Shown: positions 1 through 7,858 of the stretch, in pieces
Layout: every line of letters begins with the position of its first letter
How positions within the stretch are numbered: position 1 is the first letter of the stretch
IMG/VR virus record: IMGVR_UViG_3300030104_001138
Location: 1 to 40,082 of that record
DNA length: 40,082 nucleotides
DNA from: a virus
Lineage: Duplodnaviria > Caudoviricetes
Direction: 5' to 3' (one strand)
The notes under the pieces: generated by a model
Database searches by the model: none
Seen by the model: the letters and a program-made list of their open reading frames with translations, nothing else
What the model was told of the DNA's origin: nothing
Position numbers and translations under genes: made by a program

Positions 1-34
1 ATAGCTCAACTGGCGTTAGTTTTGTTTTTTCCAT
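1..34 (-). CDS. 5' end of a gene running off the left edge (MEKTKLTPVEL...), possibly a small Cro-like regulator
   Basis: ATG at 34-32 downstream of a promoter-like AT-rich region and a terminator. Only 11 codons are visible, so the function is a guess. Confidence 0.3.
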   Translation of the reverse strand, partial: MEKTKLTPVEL

Positions 35-79
35 ACCTCTATATTGGCATAAATGCAACATTTAATCAAGTAATTAGGC

Positions 80-106
80 AAAAAAAAGAGGGTTGTTACA
101 CCCTCT
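80..106 (-). terminator. Rho-independent terminator for the leftward early genes
   Basis: Stem AGAGGGT(87-93)/ACCCTCT(100-106) with a 6-nt loop, followed on the minus strand by a T8 run, directly at the stop of ORF 105..257. Confidence 0.75.
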
Positions 107-257
107 ATAAATTTTGTAGTGCGTAGTCAAGGCATTTGATAATGTCTTCTCTACTTGGCGTGAAACCTGTATTGATTTCTATGTAATCTCTTAAATTACA
201 ATTTATAGAATGAGTCAGGTTTTCAATTTGCTCATCGTTTAATTTTTGAATACTCAT
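105..257 (-). CDS. Hypothetical protein, 50 aa (MSIQKLNDEQIENLTHSINC...)
   Basis: Read manually; lies between ORF 309..521 and the terminator, same strand. Confidence 0.55.
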   Translation of the reverse strand: MSIQKLNDEQIENLTHSINCNLRDYIEINTGFTPSREDIIKCLDYALQNL

Positions 258-308
258 GTCAAATAAGGATTAGGAATAAAAGTAAATAAGGGAATGCGAT
301 AAAGGTCA

Positions 309-521
309 TTAATTGCCCTCCAATAGATTCATCATCTCTTGGTATTGGTCGGGGCTGTAGGCTCTCTTGTCATTTGGTATGAAGTCTTGCCAATTATCAG
401 TACCTTCTACTCTGAAGCTAAGAATTTGATAATGGCTAAAAGTAGTGTCAGTACTTTCTGCAATAAAGTAATCAAACTCGCAACCGTCAACTTTTGAAAT
501 AAATTTTTGAATAGTGGTCAT
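309..521 (-). CDS. Hypothetical protein, 70 aa
   Basis: ORF track; co-oriented downstream of ardC. Confidence 0.65.
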   Translation of the reverse strand: MTTIQKFISKVDGCEFDYFIAESTDTTFSHYQILSFRVEGTDNWQDFIPNDKRAYSPDQYQEMMNLLEGN

Positions 522-557
522 TGTTTTAAATTTCTGTAAATAAAAGAAAAGGTGAGC

Positions 558-1559
558 TTATTGCTCACCGATAACTAGGTTTGCTGCCTTTACTGCATTG
601 CTGAATACTTTCATTAATGCTTGGCTTGGGTTCTTAGCGTTCTTAACTGACTTAGCCCATCCTGAGATGTATGCTGCATGATTTTTAGTATTACAAGTGA
701 TTTGTAATCTATTGGCTATCAACACGCTTGAGAATTCTGCTGTCAATTCCTCTAGTCCTCTATAGGTTGAGTAATTGTTTAACCACATACGATTTAAACG
801 GTCTTTATGTCCGCTCGCATGGCTGAACTCATGAGCTAGTGTTGAAAGATACTCCTCATCGTTAGTAAAAGATGCTCTTTCAGGCATTACCACATGATCT
901 AATTGATCTTGATAGTATGCTTGATTTCCTCCATGAATTAAGCCACCTTTTAGATCTTTAGAAAAAATCATCAGGCGGTCATGGGCAGCTTTGCATCTCT
1001 CAGAAAGTGGTCTTGCTTCCTTGTTGCATTCTGCCTTAAAGTCAGCAATTGCTTTATCAAGTTTGGCTTGGCCTTTGTCGTTAAGTCCTACTAAGTCTTC
1101 AATGTTGAAAACTGATGCACCCTTGAAAGTTAATTTCATGTAGAAATCAGGATTCCCTGCCTTATCTAATTTAGGAGAGCCGTCCTCATTCTTTAAATCA
1201 ATTTTTAGTAAATTTGGCCTTAAAATTTTTGCTGCTTTACTTCCCTTTTTAGGAATACAGTTAAAATCTTTTTTGGCTTGACCGTATCCAATCCACATAG
1301 GTAATGTTTGACCTCTAAGTGTCATGTACATCTGTAGGATGATTGGATTTGCACCAGTATAAGAATTGCCAGTAAGGAAATTATGCTGACCCTTAGACTC
1401 TGTGTTTGTCCAAGGCTTAGACCAGCAAGCATCAAGCTTATCTGAATCTAATAATTCCATGAAATCAGCTAAAATCTGGTCTTCGACCTTAACTGCTGGT
1501 TTTTTTGCTGTAAATGTCATTGTGTTGTTAATGAAATTAGTAAGTGACAATGAGTTCAT
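558..1559 (-). CDS. ardC: ArdC-like antirestriction / ssDNA-binding protein (DUF1738 N-domain + zincin-like metallopeptidase); start probably at ATG 1520
   Basis: W-x-KPW, N-x-x-TG-x-x-Y-x-G-x-N, W-x-G-Y-x-Q-A and KKGSKA motifs; AYY...D-x-V-x-MP; TLAHEFSHASGH (HExxH); EELTAE; NHAAYI-x-x-W. Confidence 0.88.
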   Translation of the reverse strand: MNSLSLTNFINNTMTFTAKKPAVKVEDQILADFMELLDSDKLDACWSKPWTNTESKGQHNFLTGNSYTGANPIILQMYMTLRGQTLPMWIGYGQAKKDFNCIPKKGSKAAKILRPNLLKIDLKNEDGSPKLDKAGNPDFYMKLTFKGASVFNIEDLVGLNDKGQAKLDKAIADFKAECNKEARPLSERCKAAHDRLMIFSKDLKGGLIHGGNQAYYQDQLDHVVMPERASFTNDEEYLSTLAHEFSHASGHKDRLNRMWLNNYSTYRGLEELTAEFSSVLIANRLQITCNTKNHAAYISGWAKSVKNAKNPSQALMKVFSNAVKAANLVIGEQ

Positions 1560-1673
1560 TACTGAACTTATCTATTAGTGTTGCATATAATCAAACATAT
1601 GTCAACAAATTAATTCCAGAGCGTTGCTTTTTTAGTTATATTTATATATATTTTGTATAATTTAATTTTCTTA

Positions 1674-1937
1674 ATGACTCTTGCAGCACTTAGACCCAAA
1701 ACTATTGTTGTAGGTGTCTGTGATACTGGTCATCGAGTCGCTGAAGATCATCCGAACCATAATCCTCGGATAACTCAAGTAGTCGTTGATGCATTACGAG
1801 ATCTAAACGAAGAAGGTATTGGCTACGGCTGTTTATCTATTATGTTTGGTATTTCTCGTGGTTATATAGCTCAAATTTGCCGTTATGAAAAAAGAGTCTC
1901 CTATGCAACTCGCTACAAAACAATTCAAGTTAGGTAG
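1674..1937 (+). CDS. Small helix-turn-helix protein (candidate transcription regulator)
   Basis: EDHPN-x-x-x-IT...LR...GIGYGCLSIMFGISRGYIAQICRY resembles an HTH. ATG 1674 preferred over TTG 1653. Confidence 0.6.
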   Translation: MTLAALRPKTIVVGVCDTGHRVAEDHPNHNPRITQVVVDALRDLNEEGIGYGCLSIMFGISRGYIAQICRYEKRVSYATRYKTIQVR

Positions 1938-2367
1938 ACCAAAAATTAATTTGAAGGCTTCGCCTTACAAAGAAACCATCGAAGAAGTCTTGTTTTGGAT
2001 TTCTTCAGGGCAAACTTTAAGGGCTTATTGTAGACAAAAAAATAAACCTTGTTATGCAACTATTTACTCATGGATGAACATTCCTGATTGTAATGAATCT
2101 GAAGAGTTTTCTAAACGCTTCGTGTACGCACGCGAGAGAGGGGCAGAAGTCATAGGGGAAGGGCTAATTGAATTAATGAACGAAACTCCAAGAATGATAG
2201 AGGGAGATTACCCTAGAATCGACCCTTCTTGGGTGGCATTACAGAAGGCAAAAGCGGACGTTACACTAAGGCTCTTAAGCAAATGGAGTTCTCGTTACAG
2301 CGATAAGGTTATTGGTATTGATAAAGCAGATATAAACGTCCAAGTAATTACTGGAGTTCCTCAGTAG
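1885..2367 (+). CDS. terS: Terminase small subunit (Sf6 gp1-like)
   Basis: GRP N-terminus; ISSGQTLRAYC...PCYATIYSWM...F-x-x-R-F-x-x-ARE-x-G; LLSKW-x-x-RYSDK pattern of Sf6-type TerS; adjacent to terL. Confidence 0.8.
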   Translation: MKKESPMQLATKQFKLGRPKINLKASPYKETIEEVLFWISSGQTLRAYCRQKNKPCYATIYSWMNIPDCNESEEFSKRFVYARERGAEVIGEGLIELMNETPRMIEGDYPRIDPSWVALQKAKADVTLRLLSKWSSRYSDKVIGIDKADINVQVITGVPQ

Positions 2368-2917
2368 GGACATAATCGGCAATAATATGCCATCTTTCAG
2401 AATCCCCTAAATTGTGTGCGGTATGGGGTTGTTTATGGTTAAAAAGCCATACTTCCCCTGCGTTAAATACTTGTCTTTGATCTCCTGATGTTTGGTAACA
2501 ATGCGGATTAGTTTTAAGGCAAATATGAAACCTTTTATAGTAGTCGGCATATTTCCCCTCATCTATGTGTCTTGTAACATGACCGCAAGGCTTGAGATTA
2601 ACAATCATTAGCCGACCCATCTCCTTGACTTGTAGCTTGTCTAATATGGGTCTTACCAATGGAACTAGGGCAGGTTTCAAGTACTCCATGCAGGGATAAT
2701 CATATGCTCCTGTATCCCACATAAAGTAGTAAACAGACATTTTCAATGCACCTCTCACATGGATAGTCTCGGTGTCTTTGTGTGGTGAATTAGTAAACTT
2801 TTGTCTTGTTTGAATCTCCTTCCATAACTCAGGCTTAGCGTCCAATAATTGGAGTAATGGTTCAACGTCTAACCCTTCGGCTATGCGTTTAAAGTTAAAG
2901 GACTTTGTAAGGGTCAT
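2348..2917 (-). CDS. Aspartyl/asparaginyl beta-hydroxylase family 2OG-Fe(II) oxygenase
   Basis: LKPCGHVTRHID (HxD), RFHICL, GEVWLFNHKQPHTAHN-x-x-x-x-ERWHII: the standard AspH-family pattern. Confidence 0.85.
   Translation of the reverse strand: MTLTKSFNFKRIAEGLDVEPLLQLLDAKPELWKEIQTRQKFTNSPHKDTETIHVRGALKMSVYYFMWDTGAYDYPCMEYLKPALVPLVRPILDKLQVKEMGRLMIVNLKPCGHVTRHIDEGKYADYYKRFHICLKTNPHCYQTSGDQRQVFNAGEVWLFNHKQPHTAHNLGDSERWHIIADYVPTEELQ
2366..2376 (+). repeat. Left inverted repeat AGGGACATAAT bounding the inverted terL segment
   Basis: Its reverse complement ATTATGTCCCT matches 4254-4264 (ATTATATCCCT) at 10/11 positions. Confidence 0.65.
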
Positions 2918-4220
2918 AATCCGTTTTCTGTGTGGCCTCTTTACGTCTTTTGATGTATATATCCTCTGGCACTTTCTTAGCTACTGGGAGAGCGAATGTA
3001 AGGGCTAATGCATCAGCTAGATCTGGCGAACCTGCACCTTGCAATCTCTTCTTGATCTGGTCTTTAGACTCAAGGACACGCCTACCCACATTGTCATACC
3101 AATAAATGGGAGTAGCTAACTCTTGTTTAAGGGCTATGTCATTAGGTATTGCTCCGCCTTCTTCTATCCATTGTTTCATTAGCCACCACATCTCACTTCT
3201 ACGGTTAATGAACTGGTCAGGTTTCATAGCTTTACCACCAAAAGGAATCTCGATTACGTCATATGACAACTGCCTTAGTCTGTCAATAACTCCACTCCCT
3301 GCCCCTGCATCACAGAACACAGCATCAGGGTCATGCTCCTCAATTAGGTTAGCCACTCTTGTAGCTAGTTCCATATTGTCAATACCTCTGTAGACCACAG
3401 GCTTAAATGCTTGCCTACCCTGCCTACGAAATATGACAGAACGATCATCCCCAAACCTTGCAGGGTCAATGCCTAGGACTATAGGAGATAACTTCACATG
3501 GTCAGCTTGGTATACACGTTTAGCTGCATCTTCGGTATCTGCTAGAGCTATTAACTGGTCATCACCTTGTGCAGAAAAGTCGCATAGGTATTCCCTAGCA
3601 AAGGAAGTCTCACTCATGTCTCGTTTAAGACGGGTCACTTCATTAGGGTGTAAGGATTCAGTATCGAAGACTGTGTATCTGGCAGCAGTCCAATCCTCTT
3701 CATTCATTGCCTTGTAGTACAACTCAGAGAATAAGTTGATACCACTAGGTGTACCGATGAATATAGACCAACCCAAACGGTCAGAAAGTGCAGGTTGTAC
3801 TATGTCTGTCCACAATTCATTTTTTAGCTGTGCAACCTCATCCATGACTATGCCATCTAGACGTAAACCACGCATGGCATCGGGATTGTCTCCACCAAAT
3901 AGCCTAATAATTGCCCCATTATGTTTGAACTTTATAGATAATTCACCTTCATTTATATCTATAGCTGATCGTTGTCTTAATGGCTCTATTTTTTGCTTTA
4001 ACCTAGCCCATGCAATGGCTTTTGCTTGGCGTAGAAAGGGAGCAACGTAGACGAACATAGATAATTCTTTGTCTGTCTTCATGGCCTTGTCTATTAATTC
4101 CATGATGGCGAGTTCAGTTTTGCCAGAACGTCTATGCAAGGCGTACACGCTAAACCTTTTCTTGTTTATATGACATTGTCTCTGCCATTCACGAGCGGTA
4201 TAGTCAAGACTTACTTGCAT
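2895..4220 (-). CDS. terL: Terminase large subunit
   Basis: Walker A HRRSGKT, Walker B GIVMDE, coupling motif IGTP, RNase H-like nuclease GIDPARFGDD and SPDLADALALTF. Confidence 0.96.
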   Translation of the reverse strand: MQVSLDYTAREWQRQCHINKKRFSVYALHRRSGKTELAIMELIDKAMKTDKELSMFVYVAPFLRQAKAIAWARLKQKIEPLRQRSAIDINEGELSIKFKHNGAIIRLFGGDNPDAMRGLRLDGIVMDEVAQLKNELWTDIVQPALSDRLGWSIFIGTPSGINLFSELYYKAMNEEDWTAARYTVFDTESLHPNEVTRLKRDMSETSFAREYLCDFSAQGDDQLIALADTEDAAKRVYQADHVKLSPIVLGIDPARFGDDRSVIFRRQGRQAFKPVVYRGIDNMELATRVANLIEEHDPDAVFCDAGAGSGVIDRLRQLSYDVIEIPFGGKAMKPDQFINRRSEMWWLMKQWIEEGGAIPNDIALKQELATPIYWYDNVGRRVLESKDQIKKRLQGAGSPDLADALALTFALPVAKKVPEDIYIKRRKEATQKTDYDPYKVL

Positions 4221-4253
4221 TAATTAAAATTAGTTTCAATAATAGATATATAC

Positions 4254-4264
4254 ATTATATCCCT
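4254..4264 (-). repeat. Right inverted repeat (AGGGATATAAT on minus strand); contains a TATAAT -10-like box facing terL
   Basis: 10/11 identity with 2366-2376 in inverted orientation. Confidence 0.65.
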
Positions 4265-4265
4265 T

Positions 4266-4775
4266 ATGACTAGTGTGACCGTAACTGCTGATAGTACAGC
4301 TAGTGTAAACGAAAGTAGAGTACCTAAAACAGAAATTAGGCTCTGCACGCTAGAAGAATTTAAGGTCAAGGCAGACCCATTATTCCAAGAACATTACGAG
4401 GAGATAGCACTTCGTAAGGATTTAATGGAGTTAAAACCAAATTGGCCTATGTATGATGCACTTGATGATTCAGGTTCATTGTTTATCTATCTAGCAATGC
4501 AAGGCGATTTATGTATTGGATATTCTATGAATTTAGTAGCTAATCATTTGCATTATGCCGATCTTAAATATTCCCAGAATGACGTTTTGTTTATCAAAAA
4601 AGAATTTCGTGGCGGAAGGATTGGATTACGTCTAATGAAAGTTACTGAAGACTACGCAAAATCTCTTGGATGCAAAGTCATGCTATGGCACGCTAAAGAA
4701 CGCACCACTTTAGCTGCATTATTACCAAGAATGAAATATGGTGTACAAGATATAATCTTTTCAAAGGAGTTATAG
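4266..4775 (+). CDS. GNAT-family N-acetyltransferase
   Basis: Acetyl-CoA-binding motif A DVLFIKKEFRGGRIGLRLMK...AKSLGC. Confidence 0.82.
   Translation: MTSVTVTADSTASVNESRVPKTEIRLCTLEEFKVKADPLFQEHYEEIALRKDLMELKPNWPMYDALDDSGSLFIYLAMQGDLCIGYSMNLVANHLHYADLKYSQNDVLFIKKEFRGGRIGLRLMKVTEDYAKSLGCKVMLWHAKERTTLAALLPRMKYGVQDIIFSKEL
4273..4306 (+). promoter_or_regulatory. Conserved promoter motif copy 1: GTGTGACCGTAA-N16-TAGTGT
   Basis: Identical 12-mer occurs four times, each 16 nt before a TAnnnT hexamer. Confidence 0.65.
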
Positions 4776-4776
4776 C

Positions 4777-5094
4777 ATGGGATTTCTTGCACTAGGAGCA
4801 GGGTTACTTGGATATCAGGTATATTCTGGAGAACGTCAACATCGAGAACAAAAGAAACAATTAAAGATGCAAGAGCAAGCTAATGCTGATGCGAAGAAGA
4901 GAGCGAAAGAAGCATCTGACCGTGCTGATATTGAAATGAACAAAGCCAATAGGAAGAGAGCAGACGTTAGTGCTATTACTAAGAAGGAAGAACAGGCAGC
5001 ATTAACAGGCCCAGCAGGGACAATGCTTACTGGAGTACAAGGTGTAGACACAAAGAGTTTAAATTTAGGTGGCAACACCTTATTAGGTAGTTAA
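4777..5094 (+). CDS. Small virion/assembly protein upstream of the portal
   Basis: AAGGAG RBS; hydrophobic Gly-rich N-terminus, coiled coil and GTMLTG...TLLG C-terminus typical of the pre-portal gene in such podoviruses. Confidence 0.7.
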   Translation: MGFLALGAGLLGYQVYSGERQHREQKKQLKMQEQANADAKKRAKEASDRADIEMNKANRKRADVSAITKKEEQAALTGPAGTMLTGVQGVDTKSLNLGGNTLLGS

Positions 5095-5097
5095 ACA

Positions 5098-6777
5098 ATG
5101 AAAACAAAACGTGCAGACTTGTTAACAAGGTGGGGTCATCTTAGATCTGAAAGAGCTACATGGTGGTCACATTGGCAAGAAGTAACAACATATTTGTTGC
5201 CTAGAAATGGACGTTATTTTGAGCAAGATAGGAATAAAGGCCATAGAAGACATAATAGTATTTATGACAATACTGGAACAAGAGCGTTAAGAACGTTAGG
5301 TGCAGGCATGATGGCAGGTGCGACATCCCCTGCAAGACCTTGGTTTAGGTTAGGAACGGCTGACCCAGAGTTAAATAGATATGCACCTGTTAAGTTATGG
5401 CTAAATGATGTAACAGAACGTATGCAATTGGTGTTTCAAAGATCTAATACATACCGAACATTGCATGGAGTATATGAAGAATTGGGAGCATTTGGTACGG
5501 CAGGTTCTATTATTTTGCCTGATGCTAAAACAGCTATACATCATTACCCTGTAACGATTGGAGAGTATGCAATAGCTACAGATTATCAAGGTAGAGTTAA
5601 TACTTTGTATAGAGAATTCCAAAAAACGGTAGGAGAAGTTGTAAGAGAGTTTGGGTATAACAAATGTTCAACGTCCGTTAAGAACTTGTTTGACAGAGGT
5701 TCATTAGATCAATGGATTACCATTATTCATGCGATAGAACCGAGGGATGATAGGGAGCGTGACTTCAAAAAGAAGGACAATATGAACATGGCATACAAGT
5801 CTTGTTATTTTGAAGTAGGTGGTGATGGCGAACAGGTATTAAGAGAAAGTGGGTTTAATGATTTCCCTGCTGTTATACCGAGATGGGGGATAGCAGGTGG
5901 TGATGTTTATGGTAATTCACCGGGAATGGAAGCTTTAGGTGATATAAAACAACTACAACATGAGCAATTACGCAAGGCACAAGGCATTGATTACCAAACA
6001 AAGCCACCATTGCAAGTACCAAGTTATATGAAGAATAGAGATGTGGATAGTTTGCCGGGCGGAGTTACGTTTATTGATGGTCAACAGGGCAAAATTGAGA
6101 CAGCATTCAACGTAAACCTTAATTTAAATCATTTATTAGCAGACATACAGGACGTAAGGCAAAGAATAAATGGTAGTTTTTATGCTGATTTGTTCTTAAT
6201 GTTGGCAAATGCTACCGATACAAGGATGACTGCAACGGAAGTAGCAGAGCGTCATGAAGAAAAACTGCTTATGTTAGGCCCTGTATTGGAAAGATTACAT
6301 AATGAATTGCTTGATCCGTTAATAGATAATACGTTTAACAGGATGATTGAGTCAGATTTAATACCACCTGCACCAGAAGAGTTGCAAGGAATGGAATTAA
6401 ACGTAGAATTTGTATCTATGTTGGCACAAGCACAACGTGCTATTGGTACAAATAGTATTGATAGGTATGTAAATAATATGGGAATGGTAGCCCAGATGAA
6501 ACCTGACGTACTTGATAAGTTTGATTCTGACGCATGGGCTGATGGATATGCAGATATGCTAGGCGTAGATCCCAAATTAATAGTTGGAGGTGAACGTGTT
6601 GCAAGGATACGTCAAGAAAGAGCAGCACAACAACAAGCGATGGCACAACAAGAAGCAGCAAATCAAGCGGTAGAAAATGCAGCGAAATTAAATAATAGTA
6701 AAACTGGTCAGCCATCTCTTATGGATATGATGAACCAGTTTAGTGGTTACAATTCACCATCACCATTGGAGGTATAA
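5098..6777 (+). CDS. Portal / head-to-tail connector (BPP-1 Bbp21-like)
   Basis: IYDNTG, SPARPWFRL, PRW...YGNSPG and MTATEVAERHEEKLLMLGPVLERL motifs of T7/BPP-1-type portals; 559 aa. Confidence 0.95.
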   Translation: MKTKRADLLTRWGHLRSERATWWSHWQEVTTYLLPRNGRYFEQDRNKGHRRHNSIYDNTGTRALRTLGAGMMAGATSPARPWFRLGTADPELNRYAPVKLWLNDVTERMQLVFQRSNTYRTLHGVYEELGAFGTAGSIILPDAKTAIHHYPVTIGEYAIATDYQGRVNTLYREFQKTVGEVVREFGYNKCSTSVKNLFDRGSLDQWITIIHAIEPRDDRERDFKKKDNMNMAYKSCYFEVGGDGEQVLRESGFNDFPAVIPRWGIAGGDVYGNSPGMEALGDIKQLQHEQLRKAQGIDYQTKPPLQVPSYMKNRDVDSLPGGVTFIDGQQGKIETAFNVNLNLNHLLADIQDVRQRINGSFYADLFLMLANATDTRMTATEVAERHEEKLLMLGPVLERLHNELLDPLIDNTFNRMIESDLIPPAPEELQGMELNVEFVSMLAQAQRAIGTNSIDRYVNNMGMVAQMKPDVLDKFDSDAWADGYADMLGVDPKLIVGGERVARIRQERAAQQQAMAQQEAANQAVENAAKLNNSKTGQPSLMDMMNQFSGYNSPSPLEV

Positions 6778-7140
6778 ATGGATTTAATTGATTTAAAAAA
6801 AGACCCACAGCCTATTGACAGCAATAAATACTTTGAAGAGCCTATGTATAGCTACGGTTTGTGTATATCGCTTGGTAGAGAAGAACTAGAAAAGCTAGGC
6901 ATAGAAAAATTACCAGAAGCAGGTAGCGAAATAATGATTAAGGCTATTACTTATGTCAAAACTGTTAGAGAAAGTAAAGAGAAGGATGGTGTCGAACAAA
7001 ATGTAGAGCTACAAATATGTGCAATGGGTATAGAACCTTTTGACAAAAGTGGTGATCAGGCTAAAGGATTGTACGAAAGCAAGCCTAAACCTGCACCAAA
7101 GGCAACACCTGTAGCTAAAACCCCAACTTATTTAGCGTGA
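6778..7140 (+). CDS. Capsid staple/decoration-like protein
   Basis: Y-x-YGLCISL-x-x-EELEKLG...LP-x-x-G and VELQI pattern; position directly after the portal. Confidence 0.6.
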   Translation: MDLIDLKKDPQPIDSNKYFEEPMYSYGLCISLGREELEKLGIEKLPEAGSEIMIKAITYVKTVRESKEKDGVEQNVELQICAMGIEPFDKSGDQAKGLYESKPKPAPKATPVAKTPTYLA

Positions 7141-7304
7141 TGAATTTTGATGATTATTTAACAGAATATTACGGATTTAATACCCAAGATACAAAATGGC
7201 AAAACTTGAGTGTTCAAGGAAAGGTCTTATTAAAAGATAGTTATAAAATGGATATGTCTAAAGAACAAAAAACAGGAGATGACACAAAGGTAGCAAAATT
7301 ATAA
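7140..7304 (+). CDS. Hypothetical protein, 54 aa (MNFDDYLTEYYG...)
   Basis: Read manually; its ATG overlaps the upstream TGA. Confidence 0.55.
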   Translation: MNFDDYLTEYYGFNTQDTKWQNLSVQGKVLLKDSYKMDMSKEQKTGDDTKVAKL

Positions 7305-7326
7305 ACTTTATATAAACATTAAAACT

Positions 7327-7473
7327 ATGGCAAAAAACGCAGGTCTTTGGGCAAACATTCACGCAAAGCGTAAAAGAATAAAAGCAGGTTCTGGCGAAAA
7401 AATGCGTAAACCGGGTTCGGAAGGAGCGCCAACAGCTAAAGCATTAAGAGATAGCAAAAGTAAAAAGGCATAA
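7327..7473 (+). CDS. Small, very basic protein, 48 aa (MAKNAGLWANIHAKRKRIKAGSGEKMRKPGSEGAPTAKA...)
   Basis: Read manually; the GL-x-ANIHAKRKRI-x-AGSGEKMRK-x-GS-x-GAP sequence is recognised as common in marine phages. Confidence 0.8.
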   Translation: MAKNAGLWANIHAKRKRIKAGSGEKMRKPGSEGAPTAKALRDSKSKKA

Positions 7474-7474
7474 G

Positions 7475-7508
7475 GTGTGACCGTAACCCAGTTATGGCTA
7501 GATATATT
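7475..7508 (+). promoter_or_regulatory. Conserved promoter motif copy 2: GTGTGACCGTAA-N16-TATATT, upstream of the scaffold/capsid block
   Basis: Intergenic, immediately after a stop codon; the next ATG lies 5 nt after the -10 box. Confidence 0.8.
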
Positions 7509-7513
7509 AGAGC

Positions 7514-7858
7514 ATGAGTGAATACAATCCTCTCGACCTTAAAAGTCAACAGAAATCTAAGGACAATAAAAAGTCTGAAGAAAGAATTGACCGCCAAAAT
7601 GAAGAGTCGGACATCAAATGGCTGATGAGCAGCAAGAGGGGTCGCAGATTAATCTGGAGACTTCTGGAGCAAGCAGGTGTTTTCCGATCATCGTTCAACA
7701 CTAACGCAATGGCAATGTCATTTAGCGAAGGTAACAGGAATTATGGTTTGCAGATACTAAACTTGATTCACACTCTCTGCCCAGAGTTATACCCGACAAT
7801 GATTAAGGAACAAAAAAATGTCAGAAACGCTGATGACGGAAGCCAACCAAACAAATGA
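7514..7858 (+). CDS. Bbp19-like conserved head-region protein
   Basis: DIKWLMS-x-x-x-GRRLIWRLL...F-x-EG-x-RN-x-GL motif; position before the scaffold gene. Confidence 0.8.
   Translation: MSEYNPLDLKSQQKSKDNKKSEERIDRQNEESDIKWLMSSKRGRRLIWRLLEQAGVFRSSFNTNAMAMSFSEGNRNYGLQILNLIHTLCPELYPTMIKEQKNVRNADDGSQPNK

Noticed and set aside
3106-4050. Three + strand ORFs over terL
   Set aside because: Antisense shadows of a well-conserved gene, with no RBS or recognisable motifs.
4237-4265. dif-like look of the right inversion repeat (minus strand ...GATATAA TGTATA...)
   Set aside because: No XerD-type TTATGTTAAAT arm, and the left site has a different central hexamer, so Xer recombination is unsupported.
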